A DNA stretch of 64,000 bases from NCBI RefSeq assembly GCF_031769215.1, contig NW_026781890.1:1426001-1490000 (forward strand), in the 5' to 3' direction. Position 1 is the stretch's first letter, and each line of letters begins with the position of its first letter. Below, one piece after another: positions 53,571 to 64,000 of the stretch. This DNA is from Ylistrum balloti. Taxonomy: Eukaryota. The notes beneath the pieces are model-generated. The model saw only the letters and a program-made list of their open reading frames with translations, had not been told where the DNA came from and did not search any database. Position numbers and translations under genes: made by a program.

Positions 53571-53829
53571 TGACGGACAAATGTTTTCGGAATTTGATAA
53601 CTAGGTGTCAACAGTAAATGAAAATCTGAAATAATATGATTTCTGCAGTTGCATGTCTACATAGAACCTATCATTGTTGTTTTATTTTGTAAATTGATGT
53701 GTGAAGTTGGTTCTGATTCTGTTGTGGCATGTTGGTATTTCATTTGTTATTTTCTTTAGAAGCGAGCAGAATGCTGTAGTTGATTAGAAAATTCTAATTT
53801 CAAAATAGAACAGGGGATGAAGCGAGCTG

Positions 53830-54400
53830 CAAAAACATGCCCAGTAATGCATGTTGTACAGCCGTGATAATAATAATAGCTGACTGTTTCATGCAACGTG
53901 TACGGATCCTATATATAATTTTGGCTTGTTACCAACTACATCAATGTTTGAATCAACGGTGATGGAAAATGTAGCTGGGTCTCGCCTTTCTCTACCGAAC
54001 AGCCACAAAAGAATACCATTGTCTTTGATGTTAATAAGCTGGTGTTCGGCAGTGATGACAGTCTTAATTGAAAAATGGATTACGATACATTTGCATCAGT
54101 TTTCATCTTCACACTCGAATGGGGCATTTCTCCGATAGATACACGAGAGGAGTTGGCTGAGGGACCAGTCTGTAACAATTAGTATCGCGATCCCTCGCTT
54201 TCTAAAACAATTAGCATTGATTCCTAGTGGAGCGTCACAGCTGATGCATTACACTGAAGTCTTTCTGCTTTATTTAGAATATTTGTTATTAATTTAATTG
54301 TTGAGTCCCTTGAGCTGTTTTCGTGACTTCAGTGATCTTCTCGTGGTTTTGGAAACATTTCCAATCACGATGTTATGTAATTTTATCATATATTGTTTGA
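53830..54400 (-). pseudogene. Possible TRIM-like (B-box/NHL) pseudogene remnant
   Basis: Interrupted frames give HRDWKCFQNHEKITEV and NGILLWLFGRE..SITVDSNIDVVGNKP..SQLLL, resembling NHL propeller blades (W.F..E..GI.VD..N.YVVG). Pattern resemblance only. Confidence 0.35.
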
Positions 54401-55492
54401 TGTCCATTATAAAGCTAGTGGGTTATGATAAGACTTGTACAATAACGTTTGCTATATCCCCTAGTCATGTAGGCAATATGGCATACTCTTATCAAAATAT
54501 ATCAGCTGTCCGTGCTTTAACATGTTAGTGTATTAGTGATTCGTTCTTCTGCAGACACATGTATATCAGATACTAGTATAGGGAGATGTGAATAAAAAAT
54601 AAAGCGGCTATTTACGTGTAGTTTTCAGTTTCAAAGCTAACACTGGAAAATGATGTCTCCTTAAAGCCCAACATGAAAACTAAATCCATGTCTGAACGGT
54701 CGACGAATAATATAGGAGGTCCTTATCACGCTATATTTAAAGGTGAAATGACACCAATGCCGGGTAGATATTTTCTACACCAAATCAGTTATTATAATAC
54801 ATACTAAACTGATTACCTTATCTTTCATTTTTACAAAATCGCCAATAAACAAACATGTAAATCTTGCCAAGCTGCCAAACAGCATTTCACTTAAATCATA
54901 AGTAGTTTGATTACTGTGTTTCTTTTAAATTTTGTATCTTAGGTTTGTAGTTAGAGTGCAAAAAGGTAAGAAGGTACATATATTTTCAGAATGATAAGCA
55001 AGTAGATTTGAATAGAAATTAGAAATTGTGCGACTCATTTGAGATTTATTGACAAAAGACGCACATTTTACTGCCCTGTATTTTATTTCAATTTGCATGA
55101 TGACTGCAACATAATAGTTCTCTTCTAAATCCTATAAGAATTAGTAGTAAGTGAAGCTTTTAGGTATATAAACATTATGATTGATGATAAAAAACAAAAT
55201 AGGAAAGAGGTTATGATTAGCTTTTGGATTAATAATTTCTCTGTATTGTTTATATATTTGAAAAAAAAAACAACATTGAAATAACTATAATATTGAGTTT
55301 GACGGAAAAAATAAACAGGGATAGATTTCAGCTGACATGTTCGATTAATATTTAAAGTGGTCAATCAAGTATCTGTTCTGATATTCAATAAGAAACAGAA
55401 CACCATATTTATTAGGTTGTATAATATTACGAGGCCCGATCATTATTATACATAAAAGGGGATTTTATATTCCGACTATTTTTAAATGCGAT

Positions 55493-55495
<3 letters not shown>

Positions 55496-55556
<61 letters not shown>

Positions 55557-55569
55557 AGCAGCAGCAGCA
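55496..55569 (+). repeat. Compound microsatellite (AG)~30 then (GCA)5
   Basis: Direct reading. Confidence 0.98.
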
Positions 55570-55774
55570 CGCACGGTTATCAAATATGACTAAATTTTAT
55601 TTCAGTTGTATGCACATTCCAATATCCCAAATCAACACATCCCGAATCATACAAATATAGGATGAGTTCCCTTCCATCCAGATATTCTTACATTTGTCTA
55701 GACCATCTTTTAATATCCATGCACGATTCTAGATTCCAGCTCATTTGCAGGTTGACATTACTGACAACTCTCTG

Positions 55775-55915
55775 CAGGACAACAGACAACTCACATCAGG
55801 ACAACAGACACCTCACAGTAGGACAACAGACAACTCACATCAGGACAACAGACACATCACGGCAGGACAACAGACAACTCACATCAGGACAACAGACACA
55901 TCACGGCAGGACAGA
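55775..55915 (+). repeat. 22-bp minisatellite, ~6.5 copies, two alternating variants
   Basis: CAGGACAACAGACAACTCACAT alternates with CAGGACAACAGACACATCACGG. Confidence 0.93.
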
Positions 55916-55989
55916 CCAGTTAAATAATTTGCTGTATCTATAACTTAGTTTATCACTTCAACGTCTGCAGACGACTATTTAGTCGATAT

Positions 55990-56130
55990 AAACGATTAAC
56001 AGATTCAGGATATCACTTGTTGCTTTAACAATCAACACATCAGCGATATATCTGATAGCGAAACAGTGGTAAGTCTTTGTTATAAATACATGTACTCTCC
56101 TAAAGATATATGATATATGAAAATTACGAT
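55990..56130 (-). mobile_element. Possible Penelope-like RT palm remnant
   Basis: ORF 55979-56173 contains AIRYIADVLIV, resembling FRYIDDVLSIN; short and degraded. Confidence 0.4.
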
Positions 56131-56289
56131 CTTCACTTTGGACTTCCTCCAGTCGAATCCTAGGCTTCAGCATTTAGGCCATCACTAACGAGTCCTAAAA
56201 ATAAAGAAATCACAAGCATGACAACATAATCTAAACTCAAATTCCATAAAACTAGGGCAAAATATGAACAAATGAAGGATTTACAAGAA

Positions 56290-56825
56290 AGTTCCTGAAA
56301 ATGTACAACAAATTAAGACCAAGTGTTCCGTAAGAGTAAATGTCTTTTGCTTCATCGATGATACCCGGCATGTTATTCTTGACCAATTCAAGTAAGTAAT
56401 ATCACGTTCTCAAACAAATGTATACAGCAACGAACCCAACAGGCAAACTAACGTGCATCAAACACATGCAGCTTCATAACACAGAAATAAATAGAATATG
56501 TTTTCAATAAGATCACTTTGTTGACCATTAAACTTTCCCATAATTTTCACCAGCCTTCATCTTTTGAACCCCTGTGTAAGGAGTTTGTCCGTCAGTTGAC
56601 GACTTCTTGCACGAAAATCATGATAATGTGAATAGACCGACCCGTGAATATCATAGGTTGGAGATGCAGGTATATTGCTATACAGAAATGGGTAATTCAC
56701 AACAGGGAAATTGAAATCACCACGTTTATCATAAAGTTTGGTGGAAAGCTGTCCATGTTGGTTTTGCTGTAGAAAATGATCGAGATAAGCGGCTAATATA
56801 GAAGAAACTGTCCGAGACTAGAAGG
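56290..56825 (-). mobile_element. Penelope-like retroelement 3' fragment
   Basis: QHGQLSTKLYDKRGDFNFPVVNYPFLYSNIPASPTY..QLTDKLLTQGF; shared tail motif at 56389-56411. Confidence 0.85.
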
Positions 56826-58450
56826 ACAGAACAGCTTTATGATGCAGTTTAATTCATTGTTTGGCTCTACTGTATCTAACTCTAAATGATTAAATATGCC
56901 ATACACTTGTGTGGCTTTTGTACAATCTTATACCAATCATAATGAGCCTTTGATGTAGAAAAAAACGCCCACTTCTGTTTTCACTGCTCCGAAAATCATT
57001 CACAAAAATATATCTGTACTATGGTTTTCTTGGAAAAAGACGAATCTCTGGATTGTTAAGAACTTGTGTTAATGTGTCAAACGAAAGAACATAAAAAAAT
57101 TGAGGAATGCACCAGCTTTAACTATGACAGTTAAATCACACAATTCCGACTGTAAAATGTTCTTAGTATGATTTTGTCTGGTGTTACAATTATGGAGTGT
57201 GAACTGAGCTTGATGACATACTTGTAATATATATAATTTGTCCAAAACTACACACTAGATTCGATAATGGTAGAAGTAATTTGGTTTATTGATACTTCAC
57301 ATAATATTAACAGCCGTTGTCATTTAAGAACGCGTCAGGAATTGTTGATGGAGTTCTGAAAGAAAAAACACCTTCCTGTGGTCAGTACCTAGTGGCTGTC
57401 ACAAGTAGGGGTTAGTGGGGTTAGGGGTGATAAGGACGGTCAGACTCAACATTGTGAAAACATTAAATACCGTTAAAACGTAATAAGCCCAAATATGTCG
57501 GATCCATTCAATCTGATATAATAAATAGTGTTAAGGTATGACTTCAATAAATCACACACCCTCTTCTATACCAGTTACGTTTGCAGTGTTGATAAGCATC
57601 TCCATTGGAAAGAGTATAACCAAGTTATGACTATGTGATTTGTTATGAACCTATTATATCTCCCTTTACATCCACTGAACAGTATGTCACTCCCTTAATG
57701 ATAGGATAATGTCTTGTTGCTAAGATCAAACATCATAATATTAATTAAATCAAGTATTATTCGAACTTAATGTTATCATAAAATAAAACATTGCAACAAA
57801 GAAATATATTTCGGTTTGATTACTGAAATGTTATATTGGACATACTTTAAGAAGATGGACGAAGAAACCATATAAAAAACGAAGGTTATAGACTGATAGG
57901 AAAAACTTCTGATCCTTATTTAGAGAGTAAAAATATGAGTACGTTCATCTATTCACGAGATCAAGATAATCATGAGCAGAATACAATGCTTTGACGAACT
58001 TTTCATAGTGACGTCATAATAGTAAAGGTCTCATGTAAAGTGGTGAAAACCAAGATGACCACTTTACATCATTATCCATGTCCATAGCGTACATGTATGT
58101 CCAGCAGAATTAAGAGTACGATAGACTCTCCTATTGTTCTTTGAAATGATCATAAAAAGTGGAAGATTCAAACCTCAGATGCATTCTTATACCTACATCG
58201 ACAGTGAAATACTGTATAGTTTTGTATTGACAAAACTCATTTAGTAACTATATAAAGAAATTATAACCACTCCAAATGTACTGTTGATACATTTATACAA
58301 TAGATTACATTTCAATTTGAACACATATTAGATATTAACAGGCTTCCCATCTGTCGTATTCCTGCATCGGCTGACTTAACAATGGAACAGAAGCAGCCAC
58401 GGAAATGTCCATGACTGTATTTGTTCATTATAGAATATCCAATACAAGTG

Positions 58451-58690
58451 AAACAACTTCAAACTCCGTCTCCAGGTTTAACCCAACACAAGCGAGACAA
58501 CTCCAAACACAGCATCTAGGTTTAACCCAACACAAGCAAGACAACTTCAAACTCAGTCTTCGAGGTTTACCCCAACAAAAATGAGACAACTCCAAACACA
58601 GCCTCTAGGTTTAACCCTTCACAAGCGAGACAACTCCATACACAGTCTTTAGGTTTAACCCTATACAAGCGAAACAACTCGAAATACAGT
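58451..58690 (+). repeat. 44-bp minisatellite, ~5.5 copies
   Basis: AACTCCAAACACAGC.TCTAGGTTTAACCCAACACAAGCGAGAC repeated; lies next to the truncation point of the Penelope-like fragment at 58730. Confidence 0.92.
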
Positions 58691-58729
58691 ATACCAAAGG
58701 TTCGGGATACAGGAATGTTGCTATACAAA

Positions 58730-59330
58730 AATTTTAAAAAATCATAACAGGGGAATTGATATCATCACGTTTACCATAAAGCTTGTTTGAAAACTGTCCA
58801 TGTTGGTTATGTCGAAGGACAAGAGCGAGATAAACGGCTGTTGTAGAAGAGTCTGTCATGTCTTTGAAATCCATTTCCGGTAGGTATATACGATGAACGT
58901 AGTAAATAAAGTTCTTTTCATTTATAGACAAGACGTCATCAATATATCTGAAAGTGAAATTAAACGACTTTGCAAGATCTTTGATAAGTCAGCCAACAGA
59001 GGGACGCAGTTAGTTCTCTGGTACACCAATTGTCTGCTAGAATCTTACCACCAAGTTCAACGAAGATGTTGTCAACCAAAAACTCCATCATTTTAGGATT
59101 TCGTCATGGACGTACACTTTACGAACGCTTCAGTTTAATTTACAACCATATATTCATACCGCCGTTCCCCTTTCATGGAGCAGAACGTTAAGAATGGGAT
59201 ATGGTTGTGTACTTGGTGGAAAAGTCAAATGTTCTCATAGAAGAAATTCATATTAGAAGAGGTTGTTGAAGATTTGTCAAAGACTATTTAGAGTTATTTA
59301 AAATGTACAAACTATTGAATCCACTTCTTG
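58730..59330 (-). mobile_element. Penelope-like RT core fragment
   Basis: FDFSTKYTTISH, TNCVPLLADL, FRYIDDVLSIN and QHGQFSNKLYGKRDD in order, with frameshifts. Confidence 0.9.
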
Positions 59331-59439
59331 AGTAAAGCGTATCACAATTCGACTGTAACCCAGATTAACATTAAGTAAAAAAGAGAGATTTACACGGAGG
59401 ATCATGAAAAACTGGGATTATAGATCAAAGAGATTAAGG

Positions 59440-60090
59440 GATTAAACTCTTCCGCTTCTTTGACAGCTCCTGTCAGGTAAATATCTTTCACTCCAAGTAA
59501 GTTATATCAAGTTCCCAAATGAAAACAAAGTTACCAACAAGAGAACAACCAGGCACTCTAACGAGCATCAAACACATCCAGCTTAATATCGGATGATGGA
59601 AAATGTTTTTTTTTCAATGAAATGACTATGACGACCCTAAAACTTCTTCAGCCAGCATCTTTCGAAATCCTGTGTTGTCAGTTTGTCTCTCACCTGTCGA
59701 GGTTTTGCACGAAAAAAATTGATTTAGGGAATAGACCCTTGAATATCGAATTACCTCAGACATCTATATAACGTAGGTTAGGGAAGCAGTAATGTTTTTA
59801 TCCAGAAATTAAAAATTCACGAAATCAAGCTTATCATAAAACTTCTTGGAAATGTGTCCATGTTGGGTTCATTGTAGGAAAAGAGCGAGGAAAAGCGGCT
59901 GATGTAAAACAGTGTTATGTGATTTCTAATTCTGGTGAGTATATATGTACCCGTGATCTGTAAATTGTTGTTAAGAAGTTATCAATATATCTATTAGTGA
60001 TATTGGTGGACTTTGCAAGGTCCATAGTTTGTTCACTATATTCCAGTGGTGTGTTTTACCACCAAACTTGATAAAAAATTCTACCATTTT
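59440..60090 (-). mobile_element. Penelope-like RT fragment with 3' tail, adjacent to the previous copy
   Basis: RYIDNF, QHGHISKKFYDK and F*GRHSHFI motifs; tail motif at 59494-59516. Confidence 0.8.
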
Positions 60091-61559
60091 GCCTATTTTT
60101 CGTCCTTTTTCTATGATCTGAAGGTATTGTTCTTATGAAACGGTCTCATTGTAATTCACTACAATATATTTACCTTTGTTACCAAAAAAAACATATTGTT
60201 GATGGAGACAAACATGTTTGTCCTTTCATAAATAGCAGCGATCGTTTCAGGTTACAGAGATAGATACATAGTAATTATTCATTGATGGAGATATTCTAAA
60301 AAGACATTTATTTTCTTCGAAAGATTAGATCCTACCTCGACAGCCGAGCTGAAAGAATCATCCTCATCATCCTTGTATATGTATGATGGTCCTAGACCTC
60401 TTGTCTTCACAAAATTTTCATAAGTTGTTTAAAATGACGGGTTTGAAATTAAAGGTATGATTGGCGCCCAGTAAAGCGAGACTGAACTAGTGATAGTAAT
60501 GAGACCATATACTATGGTACGTGTAGGTATACGGCACCTAACATATCTTACAATGGACGAAGAGAGATAACTCGAATACATGAAACACTTCTGAAGTAGA
60601 TAACATTGCTCATTGGTCAGAACGTCACTTTATTGGGTTTTTTTTCGCTCTTTTCATTACCTATTCTTAGAGAGTTGTAGTTTATTATATATTAATATTA
60701 CCACATCAAATACTTTACCGGGGGAAGATGAGTAATGCCAAATTTTCTATGTAGAAAGTTTTAAGTCCAGGTAGCGGTTCACTGATAACGACTTCAGAAA
60801 TGTTGATTTTATTATAAATGTGCACGTGAAAATAAAATATGCGCATTTACAACACACAGCATCCTGTTTTTAGCTTGATCTATTTTTCAGTCAAACTGAA
60901 TACACAGTTTCAAATCGAGATTGATGTTGAGCTCTCTAGATAGTATCTGTAGGTGTGAGATTTCAAAGAAGTATCGATTCCGTGAACAAATAGCACACTT
61001 TTCACATTGGGGAGTGAAATTACATTTTCATTGTAAAGATTATTTATCCCACAAACATTTGCATATATATCCCGTGGTAAGCACTTAAATTCTTTACGAT
61101 AAATTCCTGTTATATAGGGAAATTCCCTTTCCTTGATTCTATGTGAATTCATATTAGTCATTTTGTAGTAATTATTGTAACAGTTTACTCCTAACAACTG
61201 GAGAAGTACATTTTGACTACATCTTGGATTGTTATTTCATGATATATCGAATCGCTAACAAAAATCACTTGAACAGATGGTATCATTAAACTTAACTGGT
61301 TCATAGATGTCAGCCGTACAACCCATAAACATGCTCAGTACAATTAACAATATCGATGTAATTGTCTGGCTGCAATTGGTTGTGTTACACATGACTAATA
61401 AAACCAATATGGTTACACGTTATGTAACCCCTGGAGTGTCGAGAATGTATGTGGTCAGCGAGGGGTATAAATTATTTAACTTATGTCATTACCTGTGTTA
61501 TTAGATACACATCATTGAAAGGATTAGACGCACAGTTGTACGGCTGTCTTAAAAGTTTT

Positions 61560-61870
61560 AACAAGAGTACCTCAGAGCGGAACAATATACGCCCGTCCAA
61601 AGCTATTCAAGAACAAGGAAAGTTTACGAAAAATGAACTAAGGGGGAATAACTCAGAAAAACTAAAGGGGAATAACTCAGAAACTATGCATGCGAGGCGG
61701 ACAATTCTTATACGCGACACGCTGTCACCTTGAGATATATATGTGTACAAAATATGGGGACAATATACCAAGAACTCACAAAATTATGGCCCGGACGAGG
61801 AAAGTTTACGACGTACGGACGGACAACGCCATACCATAATACGTCCCGCCATACGACGGGCGTATAAAAA
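61560..61870 (+). mobile_element. Non-autonomous Helentron-type element (HINE/DINE-like), ~310 bp
   Basis: 5' TTTT|AACAAGAG start; 12-bp subterminal inverted repeat TATACGCCCGTC (61586-61597) / GACGGGCGTATA (61855-61866); ACGGACGGAC microsatellite (61815-61824); 3' stem-loop CGTCCCG..CGACGGGCG; internal 24-bp duplication 61637-61683. Confidence 0.8.
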
Positions 61871-64000
61871 GGAGAACCATGTAGACTGAACACTTAAACT
61901 GATGCTTCTTGTCTCAGGAAAACACCACGTAACTGCGTTATATTGATATTAAAGGAGTTCTATATAAATATAATAGGGTTGTAGTTTAAAGTAACGAATA
62001 AGCCTTAAACAGTACATGTGCCGGAGACCAGAGCTTGGCCCGAACAGACTTCGATCTTTCCCCTCTTACAAATATTATAGTCTGGCTTGTCTACATAATG
62101 TAGAAATACTGAAATCACACACACCTGTGCCTTATATATTAATACATCTGTACTGTCTTGCCGATAATTCACTGTACATGAGTGAAAGCCAAAATATTGT
62201 CGATGCACAATAAAAACGTTAAAATTTTTGTGACGACTCATTTTAAGTTACTAAGAGACATCGTCTCGACCCCATCCCGGACTCGCCCCACAGTATTTTT
62301 ATGCGAGTGTTTTCGTACATATATTGTATATAGACTCTGTCCAGATCTCTCTCGTAGAAATAAACACAAAAGGAGCCAAGGGAACATTAGAACCACGAGA
62401 CAGCATAGCTGGAGAGATGAAAGGAGCTCAGCCGGAATATACGGAGGCAAATTTATGTCACAGGGCAGAATTTCATGTGATCCTTACATTGAAATTAATT
62501 CGGAGATATCGCCAACGATCGAAGACACAGACAATAAGATTTTATTGTCGAGATTGTTAACGGTCATATTGTTTTCATTTTGATTGTTTAAAGAAAACCG
62601 CTGTCGAACAATCAAACAATTACGTTAATGGTGTCCTCTCATTTTCATGACGTTTTAAGCTGTCACAGTCCCCATTATGTTCAGAAATTATTCATGTACA
62701 AAATTTATAGGTATACGGAAGAAAGAAAAAATCGTCACCACGGTTTACAATTCAGTCATTTTCTGAGTGAAAGGAACTCATTGCCGACGTGGTAGCATCG
62801 TGTCGTTGTCGAGACTTAATAGTGTAAAAGTCAATCAATACAAATAGGTATGTTGTAAAATGAAAGCCATAGCGGCAATACCTGGTGAATACAAGTCCAT
62901 CCTAGATATATCATCTGTTAAGTTAACCGTTCAGGTAAAATTCTCTGATGACCATTTGGACATTTTATCACAGTTAAACGTCTAGTGAACAAATAACAAA
63001 ACACGAAATGCGTCTAAGAGCATATATTCTCAATAAAATAACTTAAGTTTATTGCACGTGTAACGTAATTTTTCCTAACATAGGTCTGCATTCTATCTAC
63101 AAAATATCACATTGTAGAAAATTGTAGAATTACGATATTTTTGTATTACAGGTAGGTACTGAAAGCATGTGCATATCCTATGGCTAGTTCTACATTGTGT
63201 TGTAATATTATACCGTAACCAGTATCTACATGTACCTATTCTGTTTAATTTCTTTTGTTAAGACTGGTGACAGTATCAACACCCGATCTTGGGTAAAGGT
63301 GATCACTACACACGTCAAAAGCTGACATCATACCTATTTTAGTACTGAAATGTAACGGTTAGATACATTTTTGACTTTTGGCCTTTTTCTCTCCTATTAT
63401 TTTTTTTAATTCAAAAGAATGTGTTTTACAATAAACAATACTTCCCGTGTTGTGTGTTGATGGCAATGTGTTGACCTTTTGACCTTCTTAAACACAATAC
63501 GAGTTTCCTTGATATTGTCATGTATCCCACTATTGGCAAGATTGTAGATGACTAAAAGCGTATTCACCAAACCATCCTCATATTCAAGTGTTAATCCTGT
63601 TTTCAAACCAATTTTCCTGAAACTCTCCCACCTAGTTATCAACAGTTAAAATCGAGACAATCTCAGAGGTCCGCCATAATTGTGCAGCAAGTTTGAATGA
63701 TTTATTACAGGATAAAATAATTGGACAAAAGAACACATACCTAGTATGACAACACTTCCAGTTATATTATGATCATGCCTTATTTCACTAATCAACTTCA
63801 ATATCAAATACTAATGTACCAGCGGTATCACTTTTCTTTCTTTCGAGAACATTGCACATGACTTGTCAGAAAAACTGGGCAAACTTATTTTTTCTTATCA
63901 GATATACAATTCTCCATTGTATGTATCAACAGTGTATATTCTTCAAGTATATTCCCTTTTCGCTTGCCATTCGATCAATTCTAAAATGATTTTCCAATGA

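Noticed and set aside
57405-57432. Telomere-like or G-quadruplex motif GGGGTTAGTGGGGTTAGGGG
   Set aside because: Only three full G-runs and one exact TTAGGG; too short for an interstitial telomere.
60250-63700. ORFs at 60910, 62182, 62324 and 63406 and a read-through frame at ~60250-60600
   Set aside because: No recognisable motifs, and no consistent exon chain could be built.

Overview
AT-rich eukaryotic genomic DNA, probably a bivalve mollusc (inferred from the transposon families present). No intact, recognisable protein-coding gene, RNA gene or CRISPR array can be supported. The window is dominated by four things. (i) Tandem arrays with 50, 28, 37, 26, 69/73, ~34, 22 and 44 bp units plus an (AG)n microsatellite; these produce all of the longest ORFs in the track. 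(ii) A recent triplication of a ~1.81 kb unit followed by an older diverged fourth unit (25.9-33.2 kb). (iii) Dead transposons: a PIF/Harbinger-ISL2EU-like DDE transposase with a SWIM finger between inverted repeats (38.5-41.1 kb), five Penelope-like RT fragments (47.4-60.1 kb) and a Helentron-type non-autonomous element (61.6-61.9 kb). (iv) Low-confidence exon or pseudogene remnants. I did not find a convincing new biological system. The most interesting signals are minisatellites whose unexpanded form survives in a nearby paralog, and a phase-compatible micro-exon chain whose last exon sits in the triplicated unit. Coordinates were read by eye and may be off by a few bases.
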